In this document: positions 30,301 to 37,840 of the stretch, one piece after another
Numbering within the stretch: position 1 is the stretch's first letter
Layout: each line of letters opens with the position of its first letter
Virus record (IMG/VR): IMGVR_UViG_2974613666_000001
Location: 81,401-145,400 of that record
DNA length: 64,000 nt
Reading direction: 5' to 3' (one strand)
From: a virus
Taxonomy: Duplodnaviria; Caudoviricetes
Notes under the pieces: model-generated
The model's input: only the letters and a program-made list of their open reading frames with translations
Database searches by the model: none
What the model was told of the DNA's origin: nothing
Translations under genes and position numbers: made by a program

Positions 30301-31040
30301 GCCGCAGCTTGATTTATGGATTCTCAGCTAGATGTTTGTTAAGCGGTGAAGATGTTCAAGTTTCTGAAATCGTCGCTACGGCTGAAGACTTCCGGTCTGC
30401 TTGGGCTTCTAGAGGTCGTTCAATCAAGGATACCCAAATCGCCTTATCCCCAGGTATTGAGTTTCTAGATCAGGTTCTGAATATTAGAGTATTAGTGAAT
30501 GCTCTTGGTGTGGAAGCAATGAAGAGGGGACATTGTGAAGGAGGTAGTGAAAAAGTAGCGCTGTTCATGCACAACGAAATGCCAGTAGTTATTACAGCAC
30601 ACCGGAAAATGGTTGAGAACCGCCAACTAATCAAACACCAATTCAATATTGATATTGACATTAGACCCGAACGTGCAGCCAGTGGACTTGCTGCTTTATT
30701 CAGAGCGATCGGCTTTGTGTCTACTAAGTCTAAAGGTCGTGAGTCTGAATTAGGTAAGGACAAATCAGGTAAAGGGAATGCGATTAAGAATTCCTTCTTG
30801 ATTACCGAAGATGCCCTACACTACAAAATCTGGCAGTGCTGGATCACCAACTATAAAGATAAACGCCCGGACTTCTTTAAGTGGTTCTACAACCCATCGC
30901 AGGATGAAACAGGCGATTTAATATGGAAGAACCGCTTGGGGATTGTTGACGACGCGCCAGAGGCTGTTATTCAGACTAAAAAAGCCCAAGGAGTAAGCAC
31001 CAAAAAAGATAAGCAACTTGAACTCCAACTAGCTTACTAA
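27369..31040 (+). CDS. CyRepA1-like replication initiator with origin-binding SF2 helicase domain
   Basis: SEMGTGKT, IAHRELL, VVIDEAES, LSDA, SPVIDSG, QQLERVR..IPR; may be frameshifted from the upstream primase. Confidence 0.7.
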   Translation: MLYNISDFSQQLFNNPEVTPLGSYKSSINESKQANYNPGFVPGKDLIFDAPNVQPRELLGTAEWLERFYPYESLEALQAKSKAKVERTAAEALERKLERERRTKELSAQQLERKKQILDSTELSVKNLVYKSTLAEIENGTPDGGGRSHLRAFAIAANVVEAEKCAAAAGIALVDTAEQVFEEWINNTFTATEKDKIDKVWGFFRDRQEDTTFKPKQTEYLEDLLARRADKQLGADVVEHLLHGRNFEHLLEASSRGLVLPVNKEIDISKLPVLFDTNKQGWGNVVSYTTETSLIYVTSSPTYAQKLLKRGTIYGVVLFDDSTPSVLVHQFLESVHLNKIQLVVDMEAPNCDRLLAAKLRSGHYSELCENARNKKEGSKKLNIYKPEVVVVDREMIVWGAQYYWQRQTAAVTAELVGSRKDKDAVIYGFTGNERYFSDIVAKCETTAKNRKLLGFVSEMGTGKTEVLARVTSNWDSRLTLAIAHRELLTKQAAHRLGLVYYKDKDQNAKDKYQSALVRGLAITANTLVQGGRDQAGYLPDFKIDDWAKARVVIDEAESFMKYLMESGTLVENRQGAIEYFIKLIKTVIAGGGQVILSDANLRTSTIQFFEKIACEALGRDWDSETKSADFNCYIIHNSYKKFTQRKLTVIDSPEAAVSEMMRRVEASEKILYFTDVKAPSKKNYFSTQSLGMFCREVQKLGHLIDADTRGFTDDVDHKILESLHTLIKHSPKIIIAVSPVIDSGTDWNNLGMNSVWASYTGIMGLDSTLQQLERVRDDIPRFLSAAKRTGMGMSHGDITNLQAKLDAIAEGYSKVIPKLVDTWAEYSTLNKQECDERLAELFPKLNQHILDWWQESLLESYYAGQEFRINLVARLQEKGYSVEYKTYKVDQEVIDNLKDYGDKQRELKYKEVAEADLSLLDNLEPNQDTMLKTQARAKDLKSCLYAMGIDAEQWKSQFDGEGRIELVRRSLGRKSKFRRSLIYGFSARCLLSGEDVQVSEIVATAEDFRSAWASRGRSIKDTQIALSPGIEFLDQVLNIRVLVNALGVEAMKRGHCEGGSEKVALFMHNEMPVVITAHRKMVENRQLIKHQFNIDIDIRPERAASGLAALFRAIGFVSTKSKGRESELGKDKSGKGNAIKNSFLITEDALHYKIWQCWITNYKDKRPDFFKWFYNPSQDETGDLIWKNRLGIVDDAPEAVIQTKKAQGVSTKKDKQLELQLAY

Positions 31041-31450
31041 AACCAAATTAAAACTCAATCAAAAAGCTTCCCCTAAAAAGGAAGCTAAAACCGTTTGCGG
31101 GCGATCCCTTATGGCATAGTCAAAACTCTATCTATTATAGGTTTATCATAGATTTTTACTTAAGTTGAGCGATCGTTTGTGGAGGAAATAACAGATCACC
31201 ATTAATTCCACTTATTTAGATCCTTATTGGATCTATTTTTATAGTTCTTTTTGACTATTTAAATAGCTTTAAAAAATATAGTAAAGGCTAGAACGTATAT
31301 ATAGTAAGGATTATAGATGTGTGTCAACGTTGGTATCAGTCTCCTCTTACCTCGAATGTTGGCACACCCTGGATCGAGTCGTGGTAAGCGATCACACCTT
31401 TGGGTTGGTTTATTGTGGGGTGAGAAGCAGGAAAGTAATCAGTCGCTAAT

Positions 31451-31483
31451 AAAAAACCCCAAGCGGTTAACTTGAGGTTTTTT
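31451..31483. terminator. Bidirectional terminator
   Basis: aaaaaacccc aag...cttg aggtttttt. Confidence 0.65.
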
Positions 31484-31569
31484 GTATATTATTCGTGGGT
31501 TAGGCTATGCCTTATATTTGATCCTCACCCTCAGCGTGTCCAATCTCGTAACCATATTCATAGGCTTGT

Positions 31570-31791
31570 TTACTCTTTATCCAACCATTCAGGCGATCGC
31601 CCCAACTCCCCAAATATTTCGTGAACTGATGCCAACCTGATCTCTAGTTCTAACTCGGCTTGTTTTGCATATCTCCACCCCATAGCTTTAATTCTGTTCT
31701 CAGGTAGTGGTTCTCCTGCTTTGTATAGTTCGCAGCCAGCCATGAATATTGCTGTGAGTTTGTTTTTGGTTGCTTCATTAAGGTTTTGCAT
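31570..31791 (-). CDS. Hypothetical protein
   Basis: 73 aa ORF in a cassette. Confidence 0.55.
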   Translation of the reverse strand: MQNLNEATKNKLTAIFMAGCELYKAGEPLPENRIKAMGWRYAKQAELELEIRLASVHEIFGELGRSPEWLDKE

Positions 31792-31840
31792 TACTTCGCT
31801 CTCTTAACATTTTTTTACGTGGTCGGTAAAAAACAGTAAC

Positions 31841-32165
31841 TTATTTGATCAAGTCTCTAACTTCCTTTGGTACAGAATCATAACCCCATTCAAGTTCTGA
31901 GTTTTCGATAGCTTCCTGCAAGAGTTCAACCGAATAATCTTCCTCAACCTCTGTTTCCTTAACTCCCGTAACTATTCCATTACCACAAGGCTCAATATTG
32001 TCCCTGGAATCAAAGAACCAGTCACAGGTACTTACACCTGGAACCAGTATCACACCATTCTCAAATTCCCATGCTGGCGGTATAACCTTCATCAGATTTT
32101 GGTTCTTCAGTGAACCCAGCTACATCATTTTCAATTACAGATACAATTATTTTTGTTGCCTTCAT
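31841..32165 (-). pseudogene. Acidic small protein with apparent +1 frameshift near 32078
   Basis: GAGGTAAAAACA-ATG at 32165 (MKATKII...DEGYT) joins PAWEFENG... of ORF 31841..32092 if one base is removed. Confidence 0.45.
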
Positions 32166-32200
32166 TGTTTTTACCTCTTTATTTTTTTGCTGATGTAACT

Positions 32201-32255
32201 ACTATCTCAAACCACTAACCTAAAGACAACCGTAATTATACTGAATTAAATAAAC
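32201..32255 (-). promoter_or_regulatory. Conserved-box promoter, copy 2
   Basis: TTAATTCAGTATAATTACGG + TTGTCT-17 bp-GATAGT with extended TG. Confidence 0.75.
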
Positions 32256-32363
32256 TCAGTAACCATGTGAAGTATTACACTGTATTCACCCAAACGATCG
32301 CTCTGAACAATCCTAAGCCTCAACCTCGTGATAAACTATCTGAAACATTTCAGGTATATCACT

Positions 32364-32615
32364 ATGGGCAAAATGGCATGGCTACCTACATCATCCAGCA
32401 ACGGTACGAAAATCCTGCATTTACAGTCTGACACCTCAAGACCTTTCAGACCTTACTCAACATTCCCGCACCTTGCAGTACCAGACCATACTATTCCCGG
32501 TGGATCTAAAGGTTGGGCTACTTATCAAAAGCTACTTAAGTGCGGTTGGGAAATCGTGGCAAGCGATCGCGTGTCAGATGTCGGTGGTTTAGCTGGTGTG
32601 GTTGATGAGATTTAG
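32364..32615 (+). CDS. Small protein resembling a cyanobacterial host hypothetical family
   Basis: AVPD..IPGGSKGWATYQKLLK.GW motif, recalled from cyanobacterial chromosomes (unverified); opposite orientation to neighbours. Confidence 0.55.
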   Translation: MGKMAWLPTSSSNGTKILHLQSDTSRPFRPYSTFPHLAVPDHTIPGGSKGWATYQKLLKCGWEIVASDRVSDVGGLAGVVDEI

Positions 32616-32621
32616 GCGTGG

Positions 32622-32654
32622 AAAAACCCTGTAACTTATTGGCTACAGGGTTTT
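32622..32654. terminator. Bidirectional terminator; inverted copy of 33740-33763
   Basis: aaaaaccctgta...tacagggtttt. Confidence 0.75.
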
Positions 32655-32672
32655 GTGTCGCGGTTTGTATTT

Positions 32673-33008
32673 TTACTTTAACGGGTAAAGTTTATAATAT
32701 TTGGTTAGATTGTTTGACATTCTTTGTTTTTCTGTTCTCTTGAGTCTTAACCTGCTCTTTACTTTTATCTCCTTAAACGCCTTTTTTGTCAGGTCTATGT
32801 AAGGATCTCCACTCTCACCTGAGCAAACCTCGCCTACTTGATAATCATCTGAGTAGACAATGACCTCACCTATTGGGTAGGTTTTACCTCTAATCACAAC
32901 ATCTACAGTAAATACTGGTTTCATAATTATTTCTCTTAGTAATCCATATTCTTCAAGAACTTCTCCCAGAGTCCTGGGAGATTTTATTGCTGCATCACAC
33001 ATGGACAA
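32673..33008 (-). CDS. Hypothetical basic protein
   Basis: 111 aa ORF overlapping the upstream gene. Confidence 0.5.
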   Translation of the reverse strand: MSMCDAAIKSPRTLGEVLEEYGLLREIIMKPVFTVDVVIRGKTYPIGEVIVYSDDYQVGEVCSGESGDPYIDLTKKAFKEIKVKSRLRLKRTEKQRMSNNLTKYYKLYPLK

Positions 33009-33390
33009 TTAACTCAACTTCTGCATTTTCATGACCTTCGCAATTGCTAATACTAAAAGCAGGGTATTGCATAACGTGGTCTTTAGTGAAGATGAAGCAA
33101 GAGTCAAACTTCTTAGCTTCATGTACTAGCAACTTTTCTTTTGGCTTGTGCATTCTGGGTTTGCGACCTGATATATCCCATATAGCTGAGATAATACCAA
33201 CTAGGCTTGCACCTTCTTGTGCATTACCTCTACCATTCTTACTCATGATTAATTTAGTTTCTGTGTAAGAAATGCCGAAGTAATCGGCTAAAGCTACTAC
33301 TGAACAGTCATTAGCATCCTGAATACCATACTTACAATGTAGAATGTTTTGCTTTCCATTTTCCCTTTCTCTCCTCAGTGATTGTGCCAC
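32995..33390 (-). CDS. Hypothetical phage protein, possible C39-like Cys peptidase fold
   Basis: NDCSVVALA...GISY and a downstream His. Confidence 0.45.
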   Translation of the reverse strand: MAQSLRRERENGKQNILHCKYGIQDANDCSVVALADYFGISYTETKLIMSKNGRGNAQEGASLVGIISAIWDISGRKPRMHKPKEKLLVHEAKKFDSCFIFTKDHVMQYPAFSISNCEGHENAEVELIVHV

Positions 33391-33399
33391 GTCCTTGTC

Positions 33400-33624
33400 C
33401 TAACAGTCAGCAGCAAGAGCATCTACTAGGTAGCATTCTTCATCTCCAGTCATTTTGTCTGTTGTGCTATGCCCTACTAGAATAGACAAACTCTTATTGA
33501 CTTTCATACTGATCCATGCTCCTTTGTTATGTTGTTCCGGGGTTATGAACAACTGTCCAATTTTCAACCCACTGAAAGTGAAGGATACACGGTCGTTTAT
33601 GCGAAATTCTTTAGTAATAATCAT
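33400..33624 (-). CDS. Hypothetical protein
   Basis: First gene after promoter copy 3. Confidence 0.55.
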   Translation of the reverse strand: MIITKEFRINDRVSFTFSGLKIGQLFITPEQHNKGAWISMKVNKSLSILVGHSTTDKMTGDEECYLVDALAADC

Positions 33625-33654
33625 TTGCCTGTCTACCTGCTTGTTTATACAACT

Positions 33655-33726
33655 ACTATCTCAAGTATCAAATATCTCAAGTATCAAAGGTAAAAACAAC
33701 CGTAATTATACTGAATTTAATTATAC
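33655..33726 (-). promoter_or_regulatory. Conserved-box promoter, copy 3, with a 16-bp tandem duplication of the -10 region
   Basis: Box + TTGTTT-17 bp-GATATT; tatctcaagtatcaaa occurs twice at 33657-33688. Confidence 0.75.
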
Positions 33727-33734
33727 ATGAAAGA

Positions 33735-33763
33735 AAAAACCCTGTAGCTAATAAGTTACAGGG
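33735..33763 (-). terminator. Intrinsic terminator
   Basis: ccctgta...tacaggg with a U-tract on the minus strand. Confidence 0.7.
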
Positions 33764-33786
33764 CTAAACATTCCCCAATCATTTCC

Positions 33787-34287
33787 TCAGTTATAACCAA
33801 GAAACATATCTTTTAATCCTCCCCATAGTAGCGGGTGTTCATTTTCCGGTTTGGTCGTGTCAGACAGTAGTGCTGTGAATCTTGGTAACTCGTGTCTATA
33901 CATCTTGTACAGTTTTTCGTTATTTTGTCTACTAGCTTCCATATTGGCAATTCTATCAGCCAGTTTCACAGGTAACGCCGCAGGGCAGGCTTTGATTTTA
34001 CTCGCAATATTCTCTAGCTTTTCCTTTCTATTATTGCCAACACCTGTTACAGCATTCACAATATTGGCTACTTCTGACCCGAACACGTCTACCAGTTCTT
34101 CATCAGTAGTATCTGTATCCTCAAGTACATCATGTAACCAAGCAGCCGCAAGTAGAGTATCATCATCGCACCCTGACTGTTTTAGAATGTTTACAACATT
34201 ATTTAAATGTCTGTGGTATGGGAGTTCACCATACATTTGTCCTCTATGTTTGGTGATTGCAAAACAAAGGGCGGTAATTTCAAGCAT
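33787..34287 (-). CDS. HD-domain protein, (p)ppGpp hydrolase-like (SpoT/Mesh1/SAH type)
   Basis: HRGQ...PY..H, AAWLHDVLEDT, VKLADRIAN. Confidence 0.8.
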   Translation of the reverse strand: MLEITALCFAITKHRGQMYGELPYHRHLNNVVNILKQSGCDDDTLLAAAWLHDVLEDTDTTDEELVDVFGSEVANIVNAVTGVGNNRKEKLENIASKIKACPAALPVKLADRIANMEASRQNNEKLYKMYRHELPRFTALLSDTTKPENEHPLLWGGLKDMFLGYN

Positions 34288-34765
34288 TTTCTCTATCCTT
34301 TTTAGTCAGATCAAGCTCTCCGTTAACCAGCACTCTAACGACAGTACCAACACCTTCTAACACAATCCCAGATACATGGTCTTTGATGTATGCTTTCTGA
34401 GTTGGGTTAATCCTATAAGTCCTTACTTTTTGAAAGCTAAGTGCTGTATGGTTTCCCATTAATGGCTGATGTCTGTCCCTATTCCAGTTAAGTTCGGGTA
34501 TACCTATTTTTGGTGGTTTATCTAGAATAACTTGACACTTGCAAGCTAATATGAAATCCCATCTTCGTGTGCATCCATTTTCCTTCGGTAATCTGACTTT
34601 AAAGTAAATGGGATTGCGCCACGCTAATTTGTCCTTAAACCATTTTTCGGAGTAGCTGTTTGTTATTTCAGCGTTAAACCGCTTCACAGCATCATGGAAA
34701 AGTTTTAACCTTCCCTTGGATTGGGTTTTTAAGTAAGCATCCCAGTATTCCACTATTTCGCTCAT
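34280..34765 (-). CDS. Hypothetical protein
   Basis: 161 aa ORF in the dam-HD operon. Confidence 0.6.
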   Translation of the reverse strand: MSEIVEYWDAYLKTQSKGRLKLFHDAVKRFNAEITNSYSEKWFKDKLAWRNPIYFKVRLPKENGCTRRWDFILACKCQVILDKPPKIGIPELNWNRDRHQPLMGNHTALSFQKVRTYRINPTQKAYIKDHVSGIVLEGVGTVVRVLVNGELDLTKKDRENA

Positions 34766-34774
34766 TGTATTTAC

Positions 34775-35686
34775 TCAATAATTATTCAAAATCAATTCCT
34801 TCACACCTTCACGCCCCTCAACCTTACAAGATATTGCTCTTTTAGCCTTTACCTCAACCCTTTTAAAGTTCAAACTATCCCAGCAATCAACATCACTACT
34901 GGATAGTACAACCTTACCCTGCCTAACCTCGCTCAACTCCTTAATCCAGTTCAGTAATCTTGCGTTCTCACCATCATTCCAACCATCCTTACTATATCCC
35001 ACAAAATTGGCTGTATCGCTCATAGGTGTGTATGGTGGATCGAGATAAATCAGAGTATTACTATCCACGAACTCAGTTACCTGCTGATAATCACCACACA
35101 GTATGTAGACACCCTGCAAACGATAGCTCACCGCAAGTAAATTATCACGGTCACAAATAGCCGGATTATCATAGTCACCAAAGGAAGTATTAAAACCACC
35201 ATCACGTTTACGAACTCGCCACAGACCATTAAAACAAGTCTTATTTAAGAAAATAACCTGTGCTGCGCGAGTAACCCAAGTTTCATTGTATTGGCTGTAG
35301 TTAAACTCTGCTGCTTGTTGGTTGAATTCATCGCGTACTCTCTCGAAGTATCTGCGGCGATCGCTCCAACCGTCCCGCATAATCCCACACGTTCTAATAT
35401 AATCAGCTTGCAGCTTCTCCAGTTCATTGATTAACTGATGCACTGACTGTTGAATTACCACATAAGCCACCATCAAGTCCCTATTTGTATCATTAATCAG
35501 AACCTCACCTAGCTTATGGTAATTCAACAGGTGAAATAGTAATGCACCGCCACCAACGAAAGGCTCGCAGTATTTGGTGAAATGTTTGGGAAGCATGGGT
35601 GCAATCCTCTTTAGTAGTTGGCGTTTCCCTCCTGGCCACTTTAAGAAAGGTTTCGCTCCTTGTTTCTTCTCTGTATTCATAGTCAT
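34775..35686 (-). CDS. dam: Dam-like (D12 class) N6-adenine DNA methyltransferase
   Basis: PFLKWPGGK, EPFVGGG, FLNKTCFNGLWR, YLDPPY. Confidence 0.9.
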   Translation of the reverse strand: MTMNTEKKQGAKPFLKWPGGKRQLLKRIAPMLPKHFTKYCEPFVGGGALLFHLLNYHKLGEVLINDTNRDLMVAYVVIQQSVHQLINELEKLQADYIRTCGIMRDGWSDRRRYFERVRDEFNQQAAEFNYSQYNETWVTRAAQVIFLNKTCFNGLWRVRKRDGGFNTSFGDYDNPAICDRDNLLAVSYRLQGVYILCGDYQQVTEFVDSNTLIYLDPPYTPMSDTANFVGYSKDGWNDGENARLLNWIKELSEVRQGKVVLSSSDVDCWDSLNFKRVEVKAKRAISCKVEGREGVKELILNNY

Positions 35687-35722
35687 TATGGTTTATTTGT
35701 AGTCCTTATGTTTACTTATGCT

Positions 35723-35754
35723 AAAAACCAGGATGTCTCGCAGCAATCCTGGTT
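35723..35754 (-). terminator. Intrinsic terminator
   Basis: aaccaggat...atcctggtt with a U-tract on the minus strand. Confidence 0.6.
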
Positions 35755-35775
35755 ATTTTCTTTATGATCCTTGTT

Positions 35776-36264
35776 TTAATAGTTAACACCCCAAGCAAAT
35801 ATCCCATTAATTGTTAAATAAATCCTGTCACACGTTTTTACCTTTTTACCATCTAAGGTTACAAAGTGAGCATCAACACCATTAGGAGAACGATCTATCA
35901 TTGGTCTTAATTTCATAGATCCTGTTGTATCCAGTTCTTCGTTAAAACTTTTTACCTCTCCACATACAAATAAGAATGGTGTCTTACGGGTGTCTAGGGT
36001 TTTGGCATTACCTGTTTTTGCTCTCTTAAGTAGTGTTCCTGCTGATGGTGTACCGTCTAATTTAAAACCTCTTGACCTAGCTTGCCCTGCTTTATCTAGT
36101 TTGAAGGTAACGTTTGACAATTCAACTGTGTCAGCGTGTCCTTGGGCTTTACCTTTAGCCCATACAGTGAACCATAATGGTTTCTTGCTTTGCGCTGTAG
36201 AGAAGCCAAAACAGTTTACTTTCGTGCTTAGTAGTTGTGTTGGTGTAGCTTTTTGTGTAGGCAT
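35776..36264 (-). CDS. Basic phage hypothetical protein
   Basis: Start moved to MPTQK at 36264 (GGAG RBS); the tracked 5' extension lies inside the promoter. Confidence 0.65.
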   Translation of the reverse strand: MPTQKATPTQLLSTKVNCFGFSTAQSKKPLWFTVWAKGKAQGHADTVELSNVTFKLDKAGQARSRGFKLDGTPSAGTLLKRAKTGNAKTLDTRKTPFLFVCGEVKSFNEELDTTGSMKLRPMIDRSPNGVDAHFVTLDGKKVKTCDRIYLTINGIFAWGVNY

Positions 36265-36301
36265 CTTCTTGTCTCCTTTGTTCCAGTTGCTTTGTATCAC
36301 T

Positions 36302-36357
36302 ACTATCTCAAAACTACTAAGGTAAAACAACCGTAATTCTACTGAATTAAATAAAAC
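36302..36357 (-). promoter_or_regulatory. Conserved-box promoter, copy 4
   Basis: TTAATTCAGTAGAATTACGG + TTGTTT-17 bp-GATAGT. Confidence 0.75.
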
Positions 36358-36421
36358 ACTAAAATATACAGCCCACCCCTTTATAAGCTATATATTTTTA
36401 GAACCTTATCAAGTTTAAGTC

Positions 36422-37258
36422 CTAACTCATCAAATAGTTGATATATTTCCAGCACACTGCTGACTGTTGAGGGGTACAACCATCTCCTAGTATAGATACA
36501 CGATGCTTCCTATCTTTTTGTGATCTTGCTAAGACTTCCATTTCTCCTTTATAGGGATTAGTTCCCCACCAACCCAATCCTCTAATTTGGTTGAGTTCTG
36601 TTGAGTACCCATGATCCACTCCCGTAAATTTATATTGCTCACACAGCCTGGAGTTATTAGTCCTAATACTCTCAAGCGCATCTCCAATCTGTCCTGACCA
36701 GGTCGATTGTACCGCGCGTCTGCTGATTTGCTCATCGTCATTGGCGTGGGCAATAAGGAACACTCTTTCTCGCTTGTGCGGTGCGCCAACTTCTGATGCT
36801 GAGATAGTTGACCATTGTGTAGAGTACCCGATTTCATTAAGTGACCAGAGAACATAGCCGAGGGGCGAGATTGAGTCATCTTTAGTGGGATGTCTACACC
36901 CATCGGGATTTTCCCAAAGCACGACTCTGGGCTTAACTTCGTTGATGAGTCGGTGCATCTCCCACCATAATCCACTTCTTTCTCCGTGTAGTCCGTTTCG
37001 TTTTGGGTTAGCCAAACTGTTTTGCTGGCATGGACTTCCGCCGCAGATAACGTCGAATGTTCCTGGTTTTGCTGTGTAGCTCCTGATATCATCCCAGATG
37101 GCAATTCCTGGAAAGTTTTGTCTGAGTAAGTGCTGTCTGTAAGGGGCATATTCTATAAACTGTTTAACTTGGAACTGTTGCTGCAACCCTGCTATTTCTA
37201 TTCCTCGCTCACATAATCCAGCTAGACCACCGGAAAAGAGGCTTAAAACTTTGTGCAT
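36422..37258 (-). CDS. C5-cytosine DNA methyltransferase, alpha polypeptide (lacks motif IX)
   Basis: FSGG (I), GSPCQ (IV), WENPDG (VI), PHKRERVF (VIII), LGDGCTPQ (X). Confidence 0.9.
   Translation of the reverse strand: MHKVLSLFSGGLAGLCERGIEIAGLQQQFQVKQFIEYAPYRQHLLRQNFPGIAIWDDIRSYTAKPGTFDVICGGSPCQQNSLANPKRNGLHGERSGLWWEMHRLINEVKPRVVLWENPDGCRHPTKDDSISPLGYVLWSLNEIGYSTQWSTISASEVGAPHKRERVFLIAHANDDEQISRRAVQSTWSGQIGDALESIRTNNSRLCEQYKFTGVDHGYSTELNQIRGLGWWGTNPYKGEMEVLARSQKDRKHRVSILGDGCTPQQSAVCWKYINYLMS
36529..37149 (-). CDS. Overlapping-frame beta polypeptide of the C5 MTase (EcoHK31I-beta-like); true start probably an internal Met
   Basis: Nested long ORF with SGTLHNG, SLLPTP and motif IX-like NINLREWIMG. 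Confidence 0.65.
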   Translation of the reverse strand: MPLTDSTYSDKTFQELPSGMISGATQQNQEHSTLSAAEVHASKTVWLTQNETDYTEKEVDYGGRCTDSSTKLSPESCFGKIPMGVDIPLKMTQSRPSAMFSGHLMKSGTLHNGQLSQHQKLAHRTSEKECSLLPTPMTMSKSADARYNRPGQDRLEMRLRVLGLITPGCVSNINLREWIMGTQQNSTKLEDWVGGELIPIKEKWKS

Positions 37259-37373
37259 CTTTAATATATTCTAGCGCTGTTACTATAATATATGATATAT
37301 TTAACCTGTTGTCAAAATATATCACCCAATTATTGAAACAGGTGGTATATTAACTAAAGTATTCAACAAAACT

Positions 37374-37838
37374 ATGCAGATAAAACGCCTACATCCCGAC
37401 GCTGTTATCCCCAACTATGCTAAACCGGAATCGTCTGGTTTAGATTTAGTATCTGTGGAGGGTATTCTCATTCCGGTCAATTCTCATAAATTAGTTCCTA
37501 CGGGAATAGCTGTGGCAGTCCCTGAACCAGAAATAGTCAGAACAGCTTCACACGGTTATCTAACAATAGCTTTTGAAATCCAAATACGATCACGTTCCGG
37601 ACTAGCACTAAAGCACTGTGTAACAGTGCTTAACTCTCCTGGCACTATTGATGAAGGCTACAGGGGGGAAATTAAAGTAATACTTGTAAATAACGGCACA
37701 GAACCATTCCAAGTTAATAAAGGTGATCGTATTGCCCAGATGGTAGTGTGTCCTATTGTGCGGGTAGCTTTAGAGGAAGTACAGGAACTTTCTGAAACAG
37801 AGCGTGGTTCCAATGGTTTTGGAAGTACAGGTGTTTAA
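37374..37838 (+). CDS. dut: dUTP diphosphatase
   Basis: SGLDL, RSRSGLA, GTIDEGYRGE, RIAQMV, RGSNGFGSTG. Confidence 0.97.
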   Translation: MQIKRLHPDAVIPNYAKPESSGLDLVSVEGILIPVNSHKLVPTGIAVAVPEPEIVRTASHGYLTIAFEIQIRSRSGLALKHCVTVLNSPGTIDEGYRGEIKVILVNNGTEPFQVNKGDRIAQMVVCPIVRVALEEVQELSETERGSNGFGSTGV

Positions 37839-37840
37839 TT

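Noticed and set aside
31129-31140. 12-bp match (tatctattatag) to the recombinase break region near 40476
   Set aside because: Short and AT-rich; compatible with chance
33851-34360. 169-aa plus-strand ORF and other antisense ORFs (e.g. 23230..23724, 27755..28201, 43384..43758, 52442..52846, 58998..59444)
   Set aside because: Shadow frames of confidently assigned genes, with Ser/Leu-rich composition and no RBS
34775-37258. Restriction-modification system
   Set aside because: No recognisable endonuclease partner; both MTases appear to be orphans
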